Positions 27,261 through 38,362 of a stretch of DNA of 64,000 nt are shown piece after piece. Where the stretch lies: the NCBI GenBank assembly GCA_963676835.2, contig CAXXFF010000002.1, forward strand, positions 1,728,001 to 1,792,000, written 5' to 3'. Position 1 is the first letter of the stretch. Every line of letters begins with the position of its first letter. The position numbers and the translations under genes are program-made. The notes under the pieces were generated by a model, which saw only the letters and a list, made by a program, of their open reading frames with translations, was not told the origin of the DNA and did not search any database. The stretch comes from Marispirochaeta sp. (GTDB lineage: Bacteria; Spirochaetota; Spirochaetia; JC444; Marispirochaetaceae).

Positions 27261-27861
27261 TATCAGCATACTTTCCGCAACATGGGGAACCGCGGAGTCC
27301 TGCGTCAAGCTGGGACTCTCCGACGGTTCCTCTTTTTTTATTCCCATCTTACGTTACGATTCTCTCCGTTTCGCCGAAGGAACTGTTCTCCGTGAAGAGG
27401 ACTACTCTTTTCTTGAAAATGCTGACAATGAATACCGCGCCTGGCGTAAAGCGCTGGAGCTTGTTGCCCGCAGAGAACATTCTACAGGAGAACTGAAAAT
27501 CAAGCTCATGCAGCGGGGATTTGGTTCTGCCGGGATCGATGCTGTCTGTGAGATTCTGCAGACAGAAGGTCTCCTTGATGATCAGCGTTTTGCCCGCATG
27601 TACGCTGAAAACAGACTGCGCCGGAAACCGGAAGGTCCCCTGCTGCTTGAACAGCGGCTGCGGGCAAAAGGGATTTCCGCCGGCATTGCAAGGTCTGTTC
27701 TCGGCGAAGTCTGCACTCCCGAAGCCATAAACGAGGCTATTGAGCGGCTGGTTGAGCGGATTAAGCGAACCCGGGGAGATGACCCTCAAATGCTGCAGCA
27801 TGAGCTAAAGCGAAAGGGTTTTGCCTATCATCATATTTCCTCCTATTTCAATGATTTTTAA
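27214..27861 (+). CDS. recX: RecX regulatory protein (start uncertain, probably inside rpsI)
   Basis: [36 protein letters not shown] and LKRKGF. Confidence 0.85.
   Translation: MDSLEHGGNSSSPNADISILSATWGTAESCVKLGLSDGSSFFIPILRYDSLRFAEGTVLREEDYSFLENADNEYRAWRKALELVARREHSTGELKIKLMQRGFGSAGIDAVCEILQTEGLLDDQRFARMYAENRLRRKPEGPLLLEQRLRAKGISAGIARSVLGEVCTPEAINEAIERLVERIKRTRGDDPQMLQHELKRKGFAYHHISSYFNDF
27286..27339 (+). terminator. Putative intrinsic terminator after rplM-rpsI, inside the recX frame
   Basis: GGAACCGCGGAGTCC...GGACTCTCCGACGGTTCC followed by TCTTTTTTT. Confidence 0.6.
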
Positions 27862-27996
27862 TAAAATCCAAGAAATCTGAATGTAAAATCTAATTTCTCC
27901 AATCTGATAAATTTTTCGTTGACATTTTGGATGTATTTGGTAAACTGAAAAGGTATCTCTGTTATGAAACATCCACGCATCTCACAGGAGAACCAA

Positions 27997-28593
27997 GTGC
28001 CAAAAAATGATAAAAGAATCAGAATCTATTCTGCTCTTGAAGTCGCCAACATCTGCGGTGTTGTAAACCAGACAGCTATAAACTGGATAAAAAACAATCA
28101 CTTAAAGGCTTTTACTACCCCCGGTGGTCAGTACCGTATCTACGCTGAAGACCTTCTCCAGTTTCTTCAGGCCAGAAATATGCGTATTCCTGATGAACTT
28201 CTCGAGCTTACCCGGGACAGTGAAAAACGATCGATTCTGATTATTGATGATGATAAAGACCTCAATGCCATGCTGCGGGAGATAATCACCCGGAAACTTC
28301 CCGAATTTGATGTTGCCCAGGCCTATGACGGCTTTGAAGCCGGAAGGCTTCTTGCGGAGGCGGATCCAGTCTGTGTTATTCTCGATATTGATCTTCCCGG
28401 TATAAACGGTCATAAGCTGTGTACCCGTATGAAGCAGGATCCGGTGCTGAACAAACCGCTGATTATTTCTATCAGCGGACTGGATCCGGGAATCGACGGG
28501 CAGCAGATTCTGGAAGAAGGGGCAGATGCATTCTTTCCCAAGCCCGTTGATTTTGATGCCCTTATTGAAACCATAAAGAGCAAATTGAACTGA
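27997..28593 (+). CDS. Response regulator with N-terminal excisionase/MerR-like HTH and a receiver domain
   Basis: YSALEVANICGV...WI...TPGGQYRI, then IIDDD, ILDIDLP, ISG and PKP. GTG start after AGGAG; promoter TTGACA-16-TAAACT at 27919-27946. Confidence 0.9.
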   Translation: MPKNDKRIRIYSALEVANICGVVNQTAINWIKNNHLKAFTTPGGQYRIYAEDLLQFLQARNMRIPDELLELTRDSEKRSILIIDDDKDLNAMLREIITRKLPEFDVAQAYDGFEAGRLLAEADPVCVILDIDLPGINGHKLCTRMKQDPVLNKPLIISISGLDPGIDGQQILEEGADAFFPKPVDFDALIETIKSKLN

Positions 28594-28612
28594 AAGCAGC
28601 ATGGAGGCTGGA

Positions 28613-28975
28613 ATGAATACGATTCTGATAGTGGAAGATGAGGATGCCATTCGGCTTACCCTGAGGGACTATCTTAAAAAGAAGGGCTATGAGGTACTGG
28701 TTGCTTCCGATGGAGTAGGTGCCATCAAGCTTATGCTTGATAATGAAGTTGATCTTATTGTTTCTGATTACCGCATGAATGTCCTTGGCGGTGATTACTG
28801 GATCAAGTTCCTTCACCGTTTCTGCTCGGAGAAGAAGATTTTTATTACATCCGGTTTCTTGAGACCCGATTTTTCCATTCCCTTCAAGGTGCTTTACAAA
28901 CCCTTTGATTATGCAAGTCTTGCGGAAATGATCGCTGTTGCTCTTGAAGGCGGTGATCCGGCAAAGGTCGAATAG
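28613..28975 (+). CDS. Single-domain receiver protein
   Basis: VEDE, VSDYRM, ITSG and YKPF. GGAGG RBS at 28603. Confidence 0.88.
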   Translation: MNTILIVEDEDAIRLTLRDYLKKKGYEVLVASDGVGAIKLMLDNEVDLIVSDYRMNVLGGDYWIKFLHRFCSEKKIFITSGFLRPDFSIPFKVLYKPFDYASLAEMIAVALEGGDPAKVE

Positions 28976-29285
28976 CCTGGAATGCGACAGGGCCCTTGAG
29001 TTCCATGTATACGGGAGAGTCCAGGGGGTCGGTTTCCGTTATTCAGCCATTACCAGGGCCCGTGCCCTCGGTCTCCGGGGTTTTGTCCGCAATGTCTCGG
29101 ACGGATCCGTCGAGGGCTATGCTGAAGGGGTTCCCGGGAGTATTGCCGCATTCACAGCCTGGCTTCGGCATGGCCCTCCAGGTGCTGATGTGGACAACCT
29201 TGTTACCCGGTCTGTTGATGTAAAGCGGTCGGGAATATCAGGAAGATCAGAAAGAGATTATAAAGACTTCACCCTCTTATGGTGA
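28953..29285 (+). CDS. acyP: Acylphosphatase (start uncertain)
   Basis: VYGRVQGVGFR, GFVRNVSDGSVE and GPPGA. Confidence 0.9.
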   Translation: MIRQRSNSLECDRALEFHVYGRVQGVGFRYSAITRARALGLRGFVRNVSDGSVEGYAEGVPGSIAAFTAWLRHGPPGADVDNLVTRSVDVKRSGISGRSERDYKDFTLLW

Positions 29286-29307
29286 CAGGTGATAAACGCC
29301 TATGGAT

Positions 29308-29345
29308 AAAAAAAGCCGCTCCGGAAATCCGGAACGGCTTTTTTT
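29308..29345. terminator. Bidirectional intrinsic terminator between acyP and eno
   Basis: A7-GCCGCTCCGGAAATCCGGAACGGC-T7. Confidence 0.85.
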
Positions 29346-29364
29346 GTTACTTGTATGCTGCGAA

Positions 29365-30678
<1,314 letters not shown>

Positions 30679-30796
30679 CTAAACATAGTAATGGGGATCA
30701 GATAAAGAATTATCCAAATAAGGGGGTAAAGTCAAGGCAAGAGGAAGGTTCTAAAGCTTTCTTGACCCGGCGAAAGGCAACTTATAGAATACTACT

Positions 30797-32488
30797 ATGC
30801 TTTACTCCCGGCTTTTTGGTAAAACACTCCGCGACCGCCCCCAGGAGGGCATTTCAGCCAGTTTCCAGCTTCTTCAGCAGGCCGGATACGTACGTACCCT
30901 TGGGAATGGTCTTGTGTCCCTGCTTCCTCTGGGGATGAAGGTTTTCCGCCGTGTTACGGAGCTTATCCGGGAAGAGATGGAAGGTCTGGGCGGACAGGAG
31001 GTTATGGTTCCTCTGGTCAATCCGCTGGATATCTGGCAGAAAGGCGGACGAACCGAGATGATCGGTGATTCAATGGTCCGTTTCAGCGATCGCCATGGCC
31101 ATGAGCTGGTTCTTTCTCCTACCCATGAGGAAGCCATGGTGGAGCTTCTGCGGATCGGACTCAACTCCTACAGAGATCTGCCGGTACTTTTGTACCAGTT
31201 TCAGACCAAGTTCAGGGATGAGCAGAAGGTAAAAGGCGGGCTTATCCGCTCCAAGGAGTTTGTAATGAAGGATGCCTACTCCTTTCACCGCTCCTTTGCA
31301 GATCTGAACAACTTTTTTCCCCGTATGTTCCAGGCTTATCAGCGTATTTTCTCGCGACTGGGGCTGGATGTGATTCCCGCTGAATCCGGAGTAGGCTATA
31401 TGGGCGGCCACCGGGCTTATGAGTTCCTTCTTCCCTCAAAGGAAGGAGATGATGTGGTGGTAACCTGCGATAACTGCGGCTACCGGGCCAACCGTGAGGT
31501 TGCCATTGCCCATAAGGATTACGCCTCTGAAACTCCTCTGCCCGCAGAGCGCATCCGTACTCCTGAATGTAATTCCATGCACCGTCTGTCAAAGTTTCTC
31601 AAGCTGCCCAAGTCAAAACTGGTAAAATCCATGATGTACCAGTCCCTTCAGGGGCTGGTGCTTGCTGTTGTGCGGGGTGACTACGAGATAAGTGAGGACA
31701 AGCTCGGGCAGATCAGCGGCCGGCAGATTACCGGTCTGGCCCCGGTGGATGTTCTTGAATCACGGGGAATAGCACCGGGCTACCTTTCGCCCATGGGACT
31801 CCCTGATGATATTCTGATTGTTGTGGATGATTCCGTGGTTAACAGCAATAATCTAGCCATGGGAGGAAATGAGGCAGGGCTTCATTATGTGAACATCAAC
31901 TTCGGCCGGGATTTTGAGTCTCCTCTTGTTGGTGATATAGCCAGGATCCACGGCAAGGACAGCTGTTTTCAGTGCGGTACACCCTTGCGGGAGGTCCGTG
32001 CAATCGAGTTGGGGAATATCTTCAAGCTTGGCGATACCTACTGCCGGGCTATGGGCCTTGAGTATGAAGATGACAACCATAAACGCTATTTTCCCCATAT
32101 GGGGTCTTACGGTATCGGAATCGGACGGCTGATAAACGCCATGGCCGCCGCCCACGGCGACAGCAAGGGGATCGGCTGGCCTCTGGAGGCAGCTCCTTTT
32201 CGGGTTTATCTGATGGGTATCGGAAAAAGCCATAAGGTTCGGGATGCCGTGTTTCGCCTGCATAAAGAGATCGGAGAAGATTATGTGCTTCTTGATGACC
32301 GTATAGAATCTCCGGGGGTGAAATTCTTTGATGCCGACCTGATTGGGGTACCTTTTAGGATTGTGGTTACCACAGCACTGCTGGTTACGGGAGAAATAGA
32401 ACTGTATGAGCGTTCCAGCGGGACCATCAGCCAGATCCCCATCGACACTGCAGCGGACGTGATAAACGGATATTTCAGCCATGATTAA
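30797..32488 (+). CDS. proS: Bacterial-type prolyl-tRNA synthetase with INS editing domain (divergent, possibly a paralogue)
   Basis: PTHEE, FQTKFRDE, MKDAYSF, the INS domain, MGSYGIG and GVKFFDADLIG. Confidence 0.85.
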   Translation: MLYSRLFGKTLRDRPQEGISASFQLLQQAGYVRTLGNGLVSLLPLGMKVFRRVTELIREEMEGLGGQEVMVPLVNPLDIWQKGGRTEMIGDSMVRFSDRHGHELVLSPTHEEAMVELLRIGLNSYRDLPVLLYQFQTKFRDEQKVKGGLIRSKEFVMKDAYSFHRSFADLNNFFPRMFQAYQRIFSRLGLDVIPAESGVGYMGGHRAYEFLLPSKEGDDVVVTCDNCGYRANREVAIAHKDYASETPLPAERIRTPECNSMHRLSKFLKLPKSKLVKSMMYQSLQGLVLAVVRGDYEISEDKLGQISGRQITGLAPVDVLESRGIAPGYLSPMGLPDDILIVVDDSVVNSNNLAMGGNEAGLHYVNINFGRDFESPLVGDIARIHGKDSCFQCGTPLREVRAIELGNIFKLGDTYCRAMGLEYEDDNHKRYFPHMGSYGIGIGRLINAMAAAHGDSKGIGWPLEAAPFRVYLMGIGKSHKVRDAVFRLHKEIGEDYVLLDDRIESPGVKFFDADLIGVPFRIVVTTALLVTGEIELYERSSGTISQIPIDTAADVINGYFSHD

Positions 32489-33407
32489 GCAGCTGACCCC
32501 GGAGCTGACTGATCAGATAATCTACGGAATGGAAAACCAGCAGGAGTATTTTTTTCTCGACCTGGAGTCCGGCAGCGTTACAGCAGAATCTGCTGAGGAT
32601 CCGGGAGAGACTGTAAAGGAAAAAGAGCGGATACCCCGGTGGACCCCGGCCGATGGGTTTCAGCTGATGGAGCGCTTTGTTGATTCCCTCAGGAATCCGG
32701 TCTACCGCGACCGCCTGCGGGAGGCTCTGGGCGCAGGGAAAGGGGTTTTCCGTAACTTTAAGAATATTGTCAAAGAGCGGGATGAAATTCAGCACCTCTG
32801 GTTTCAGTTCAAGGAAAAAGAGATGCGTTCCCGGGTAAGAAAATGGTTTGAGCAGGTCTGCGAAGCCCGGGGACTTGCTGTTATCGGATTCGAGGGGGAT
32901 GAGCCTGAAGAGACGGATGATCTTGTTTTCAGTGACTTCCGGGTAGAAGAAGTCTCCGTGCGTCCCGATGACCTTGAAGTATATGACAGGAAAGTCTTGA
33001 GTGAAGCTTTGGATGATACTCCGGCCGATTTTGTGCATCTTCAGTATCTGCTTCGCCGCTCATTTTCTGAAGCTAATGCCGGCAGAATGAAAGTGCTGCA
33101 TCTTGTGGCTCCTGATGGTACTGCCGCCGGGATTGTCTGGGGTGCGGATTCTCTGCTTCCCGGGGATATTTCCGGGGCATTAACAACAGGCAGTGGCGTT
33201 TGCTTTCTTCTGCAGCTGTATATTGAACCCGAATACCGGGGCCTGGGGATGTCGAAGATCCTGCTTCAAGCCTGGATTGAAGAAGCCCGTAAGCGAGGTA
33301 TGGAGCGGGTCTCTCTGGATCTCTGGGGTGGTGCGGGCAGTCTGAAAAGGGGCTTGTCGGAATACGGCTTTGAGGCCTACCGGGAATCGTTTCTGCTAAG
33401 GCTTTAG
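32481..33407 (+). CDS. UPF0158-family domain fused to a GNAT acetyltransferase domain
   Basis: IIYGMENQ...GFQLMERF...GKGVFRNFK at the N-terminus; LYIEPEYRGLGMS (GNAT motif A) at the C-terminus. Confidence 0.8.
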   Translation: MIKQLTPELTDQIIYGMENQQEYFFLDLESGSVTAESAEDPGETVKEKERIPRWTPADGFQLMERFVDSLRNPVYRDRLREALGAGKGVFRNFKNIVKERDEIQHLWFQFKEKEMRSRVRKWFEQVCEARGLAVIGFEGDEPEETDDLVFSDFRVEEVSVRPDDLEVYDRKVLSEALDDTPADFVHLQYLLRRSFSEANAGRMKVLHLVAPDGTAAGIVWGADSLLPGDISGALTTGSGVCFLLQLYIEPEYRGLGMSKILLQAWIEEARKRGMERVSLDLWGGAGSLKRGLSEYGFEAYRESFLLRL

Positions 33408-33562
33408 GTTTTTACGGCATACTTCTTAAGTATTTGTAAAGTTAGTTTACTATTTGTGCAAAATCTGCATTCTCTCGTCCGCTCGGCTGAAAAATTGTTG
33501 CCCATCCTGCACTACTGCAGTATTGTAATATCTATATCAATAACTTGAGCAAGGAGTAATGT

Positions 33563-35134
33563 ATGAAGAAAATTCTTGTAATTTCGCTGATGCTGCTCGC
33601 AACATTAGGAATATTTGCGGCAGGAGGGGCTGAAGGCGGCGGTGCCGAGTTTAGTCTGGTAAACGGTGCGGAACCGGAGGCACTGGACCCGCATCTGATT
33701 GAGGGCGTTCCTGAGCACCGAATCTATATGTCCCTTTTTGAGGGGCTTACCACCATAGATCCCGAAACCGGTGGTCCCGTCCCCGGTCTTGCTGAAAGCT
33801 GGGAACGCAGTGATGGTGGCCTTCAGTATACCTTCAAGTTGAGAAAGACCGTATGGAGTGACGGTACCAAGATTACCGCCCAGACTGTGGTTGATTCATG
33901 GCTCAGAGGTATGGACCCGGAAACGGCTTCTCCTTATGCCTGGTTTCCCAATATGTTTATTAAAGGTGCCGAGGATTATAACTCCGGTGCAGCCGGACCG
34001 GATGCAGTACAGATCCGGGCACTGGATGACTACACCTTTCAGATTGATCTGATCGGTCCCCTGCCATATGTAATTGATGCCCTGACCCACTACTCTTTTG
34101 CAGTGGTTCCCATGCATGTTATCGAGAAATACGGTGATGAGTGGACTCTGCCTGAAAACTTTGTCGGTAATGGTCCTTTTGTTCTGGAAGAGTGGAAGCC
34201 CCAGGAATATCTTTCCGCCGTTCCTAACCCCAAATACTGGGACAAAAAGAACGTTAATCTTTCCAGGGTTACCTACCTTCCTGTAGAAGACAACAATACT
34301 GCCTACAACATGTTTCTTAACGGAGAGGTTGACTGGATTACCGAAGTTCCTCTGGATATGATGGAGCAGGCAAAACAGAATAAAGATTATTATGTAGCCC
34401 CTTATCTGGGAACCTACTATTATCTGGTGAACAATGACCGTCCTCCTTTTGATGATCCCCGGGTACGTAAAGCCCTTGCCATGGCTTTTGACCGCCAGGA
34501 ACTGATTGACCGGGTAGCCAAGGCCGGCCAGCTTCCTGCTTACTCTTTTGTCCCCACCAACATGGCCGGATTTCCCGGCGGAGATCTTTTTAAGGAAAGT
34601 GTCGCGGAAGCACAGAAACTGCTTGCGGAAGCTGGCTATCCCAATGGTGAAGGATTCCCCTCTTTTGAGATTCTTTACAATACTTCCGAAGGTCATAAAA
34701 AGATTGCCGAGTATATTCAGCAGGCCTGGGTTGAAAACCTGGGAATCGATTGTAAGCTCTTTAATCAGGAGTGGCAGACATACCTGGCTACCCGCCGTAC
34801 CCATGATTTTGCCGTTGCACGGGCAGGCTGGATCGGAGACTATACCGACCCCAATACCTTCCTTGATATGTTCCTCACCGGCAGTGCCGGAAACGACGGT
34901 CTCTATGCTAATTCTGCATATGATGAAGCTATCAAAAAGGCTGCCACCATGCCCGATGGCCCCGAACGGTATCAGGTTCTGCGGGATGCAGAAACCTACT
35001 TTATCGGTGAAGACATGGGTGTAATTCCCATTTACTTCTATGTTTCCAAGAACATGGTTGATACCGAAAAGTGGGGCGGCTGGTTTACCAACGTACGGGA
35101 CTATCATCCTCCCAAGAATATCTACCTTAAATAA
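33563..35134 (+). CDS. oppA: Oligopeptide ABC transporter substrate-binding protein
   Basis: EPEALDP, FEGL, PGLAESW, GNGPF and VRKALAMA. Signal peptide ends FAAGGAE. Confidence 0.95.
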   Translation: MKKILVISLMLLATLGIFAAGGAEGGGAEFSLVNGAEPEALDPHLIEGVPEHRIYMSLFEGLTTIDPETGGPVPGLAESWERSDGGLQYTFKLRKTVWSDGTKITAQTVVDSWLRGMDPETASPYAWFPNMFIKGAEDYNSGAAGPDAVQIRALDDYTFQIDLIGPLPYVIDALTHYSFAVVPMHVIEKYGDEWTLPENFVGNGPFVLEEWKPQEYLSAVPNPKYWDKKNVNLSRVTYLPVEDNNTAYNMFLNGEVDWITEVPLDMMEQAKQNKDYYVAPYLGTYYYLVNNDRPPFDDPRVRKALAMAFDRQELIDRVAKAGQLPAYSFVPTNMAGFPGGDLFKESVAEAQKLLAEAGYPNGEGFPSFEILYNTSEGHKKIAEYIQQAWVENLGIDCKLFNQEWQTYLATRRTHDFAVARAGWIGDYTDPNTFLDMFLTGSAGNDGLYANSAYDEAIKKAATMPDGPERYQVLRDAETYFIGEDMGVIPIYFYVSKNMVDTEKWGGWFTNVRDYHPPKNIYLK

Positions 35135-35322
35135 ACAGCACCACATTAACCTGTGATTTTGTTTCATAATCCCCGGCCGGCTTCACTGCCGGCTGCGGGA
35201 TTTTCTCACATCTCAGATTCTCATGAAATTCAGAAAAGAGATAATAAAAAACTCCAATGTATATCTTTATCCTGCAGCGGCGGAGTCGCACCTGCCGGGA
35301 TATCCATTTTTTCGGGGGTGCT

Positions 35323-36252
35323 ATGACCAAGTACATTATCCGGCGTCTTATCGGCCTGATTCCCACTCTGTTTATCATTGTAACCATCAGTTTTTTTATA
35401 ATCCGGATAGCCCCGGGGGGCCCTTTTCAGGCCGAGCGTGCTTTGACCGAGCAGGTCATGAAGAATATTGAGGCGAAATATCACCTTGATGAACCGCTGA
35501 TGATGCAGTATCTGCGTTATATGTGGGATGTTCTGCGGGGGGACCTGGGGCCCAGTTACCGCTATAACGATCATGATGTTAATTTCTACATCTTTTCCAG
35601 TCTGCCAAACTCTCTGTTTCTCGGAGTAATTTCCCTCGGTATCGCCATTGTGCTCGGTATCGGAGCGGGAATGGTTGCATCCCTTAAGCAGAACTCAATC
35701 ATTGACTATACCGCCATGTCCTTTGCCGTGGTTGGAATCTCGGTGCCTATGTTTGTTATCGGGCCGGTGCTTATGTGGATTTTCGCCATGAAGCTCCGCT
35801 GGCTGCCCACCTCCGGCTGGATAACCGGACGCTACGGCTGGGTAACCATTATTATGCCGGCCATAACCCTTGCCATGACTCCCTTTGCTAATATTGCCCG
35901 CTTATCCAGGGCGAGTATGCTGGAGGTTCTGCGGAGCGATTATATCCGTACCGCCCGTGCCAAGGGGCTCACCGACAGAGTGATTATGTTCAAGCATGTA
36001 CTTAAAGGGGCGTTGCTGCCGGTTGTCAGTTATCTGGGGCCTGCATTTGCCGCTACGGTTACCGGCTCTGTCGTAGTCGAGACAATCTTCCGTGTCCCCG
36101 GGCTGGGGCGCTTCTTTGTACAGTCTGCCCTGAACCGGGATTATACCCTTATTATGGGGACGGTCATTGTCTACTCGGTAATCCTCATTGTAATGAATTT
36201 TATTGTTGATATTGTCTATGGGTTCCTTGATCCCAGGGTTTCATACAAATAG
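35323..36252 (+). CDS. oppB: Oligopeptide ABC transporter permease
   Basis: APGGPF, GDLGPS, DYIRTARAKG and LDPRV. Confidence 0.95.
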   Translation: MTKYIIRRLIGLIPTLFIIVTISFFIIRIAPGGPFQAERALTEQVMKNIEAKYHLDEPLMMQYLRYMWDVLRGDLGPSYRYNDHDVNFYIFSSLPNSLFLGVISLGIAIVLGIGAGMVASLKQNSIIDYTAMSFAVVGISVPMFVIGPVLMWIFAMKLRWLPTSGWITGRYGWVTIIMPAITLAMTPFANIARLSRASMLEVLRSDYIRTARAKGLTDRVIMFKHVLKGALLPVVSYLGPAFAATVTGSVVVETIFRVPGLGRFFVQSALNRDYTLIMGTVIVYSVILIVMNFIVDIVYGFLDPRVSYK

Positions 36253-36262
36253 GAGGTCATGA

Positions 36263-37339
36263 ATGTCTGAAACAAACAGTTCTGCAGTGGATGACCTGAA
36301 TCAGCCGGTAAAGGGGAACAGCCTTACCCGGGATGCCTGGAACCGCCTGAAGAAGAACCATATGGCCATGGCCGGACTTGTGCTGGTTATTGTTTATACG
36401 GTACTTTCTCTGGCTGCACCGATTCTGCCTATCTACTCGTACAAGAAAATTATTCCCGAGCATCAGGATCTGCCTCCAAGCCTCTCAAAGAGCGCCGGAG
36501 AGCTCTGGTATGCCAAGGAAGAAGCAGTTATGCATGCGGTTGCCAAAAAAGAGAAACGGGAACTGACTTCAGAAGAAACCGCCAAGCTGGCGGCCATTAA
36601 AGAGCAGATTGCCACGGAGACCATGGAGTACAAGGGTGAAACTGTTCTTGTCCATCAGCGGCATTACCTGCTGGGAACTGATTACCATGGCAGGGATATG
36701 CTGGCCCGTATTATCTACGGAGGGCAGGTTTCGATTGCCATCGGAATTGTGGGAACCTTCACCTCCTTTCTGATAGGCATCTTGTTGGGCGCACTGGCAG
36801 GCTACGCCGGGGGTAAAACGGACTACATCATCATGCGGGTGGTTGATGTTATGTACGGCCTTCCCTACATGCTGCTGGTTATAATCTTTATGGCCATTTT
36901 CGGCCGTAATATCTTAAACCTTTTTCTGGCCCTGTCGGTAGTCAGCTGGCTAACGGTCGCCCGGGTAGTGCGGGGGCAGGTGATCACTTTGAAGAATTCC
37001 GAATTCGTCGAGGCCGCCCGTTCCATGGGAGCCGGCACCTGGCGGATTATCCTGCGCCATCTTATTCCCAACTCGCTGGGAATTATTATTGTATTTGCCA
37101 CCCTGCGGATTCCCTCCTTCATTATGATGGAATCTTTTCTCTCCTATCTGGGCCTGGGTGTTTCCGCCCCTTATGCATCCTGGGGTTCCCTGGTAAAAGA
37201 GGGAGTTGACGGGATGACCGTCTATCCCTGGCGGCTGTTCTTTCCCGCAGGTGCGATGACTCTGTTTCTGTTTGCCATGAATTTTCTCGGCGACGGTTTG
37301 CGGGATGCCTTTGATCCTCAGAGCAAGAACAAACTATAG
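36263..37339 (+). CDS. oppC: Oligopeptide ABC transporter permease
   Basis: LGTDYHGRD, EFVEAARSMG and GDGLRDAFDP. Confidence 0.95.
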   Translation: MSETNSSAVDDLNQPVKGNSLTRDAWNRLKKNHMAMAGLVLVIVYTVLSLAAPILPIYSYKKIIPEHQDLPPSLSKSAGELWYAKEEAVMHAVAKKEKRELTSEETAKLAAIKEQIATETMEYKGETVLVHQRHYLLGTDYHGRDMLARIIYGGQVSIAIGIVGTFTSFLIGILLGALAGYAGGKTDYIIMRVVDVMYGLPYMLLVIIFMAIFGRNILNLFLALSVVSWLTVARVVRGQVITLKNSEFVEAARSMGAGTWRIILRHLIPNSLGIIIVFATLRIPSFIMMESFLSYLGLGVSAPYASWGSLVKEGVDGMTVYPWRLFFPAGAMTLFLFAMNFLGDGLRDAFDPQSKNKL

Positions 37340-37357
37340 GAAACCAAGGAGAAGCGT

Positions 37358-38362
37358 GTGACAAGCAGGGAAGTAATTCTTGAAGTAAAAGATCTGCGGA
37401 CCCATTTTAAAACTGACGACGGCGTAGTAAAGGCTGTTGACGGCGTTTCCTTTGTCCTGCACAAGGGGGAGACTCTTGGAGTTGTGGGGGAGTCTGGTTC
37501 CGGTAAATCGGTAACAAATCTTTCTATAATGCGGCTTATTCCCTCTCCTCCGGGAAAGATTGTTTCAGGGGAGGTTGTTTTTGAAGGCGGAGATATCCTC
37601 GGACTGAAAAACGAGGAACTGCGGAAGATCCGGGGAAACAGAATCTCCATGATTTTTCAAGACCCCATGACAAGTCTTAATCCATTTTTAAGGATATCCA
37701 CTCAGCTTATCGAGACGATAATGCTCCACCAGAAAGTGGACAAGAAAGCAGCCCGGGAACGGGCAGTAGAGATGCTGCAGAAAGTAGGGATACCCAATGC
37801 GGTTAAGCGGGTGGATAATTATCCTCACCAGTTTTCCGGCGGGATGCGCCAGCGGGTTATGATTGCCATGGCCTTAAGCTGTAATCCGGATATTCTCATA
37901 GCCGATGAACCGACTACCGCACTGGATGTTACCATTCAGGCCCAGATCCTTGAGCTGATGCAGGAGCTGGCCGAAGAGTTCGGTACTGCCCAGATTCTGA
38001 TTACCCACGATCTGGGTGTTGTGGCCGGGATGTGCGACAATATCTGCGTTATGTATGCAGGCCGGATTGTTGAGAAGGCTACGGCGGATGAACTGTTTGA
38101 AGATCCTCAGCACCCCTACAGTCAGGGCCTGATAAACTCGGTTCCACGGCTGGATCGTGAAAAAAAAGAGACTCTCTATTCTATAAAGGGGCAGCCGCCG
38201 AACCTTATAAACCTGCCTGACTGCTGTCCTTTTCATCCCCGCTGCGAAAAGGCTATGGATGTCTGCCGCAGCAAATATCCTCCTCAGACGGTTTCGGAGA
38301 GCGGCAGGATGGTTGCCTGCTGGCTCTATCGGGACGAATCTGAACAGAAGGAGCATGTCTGA
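37358..38362 (+). CDS. oppD: Oligopeptide ABC transporter ATPase
   Basis: [20 protein letters not shown] and ADEPTTALD. Confidence 0.96.
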   Translation: MTSREVILEVKDLRTHFKTDDGVVKAVDGVSFVLHKGETLGVVGESGSGKSVTNLSIMRLIPSPPGKIVSGEVVFEGGDILGLKNEELRKIRGNRISMIFQDPMTSLNPFLRISTQLIETIMLHQKVDKKAARERAVEMLQKVGIPNAVKRVDNYPHQFSGGMRQRVMIAMALSCNPDILIADEPTTALDVTIQAQILELMQELAEEFGTAQILITHDLGVVAGMCDNICVMYAGRIVEKATADELFEDPQHPYSQGLINSVPRLDREKKETLYSIKGQPPNLINLPDCCPFHPRCEKAMDVCRSKYPPQTVSESGRMVACWLYRDESEQKEHV

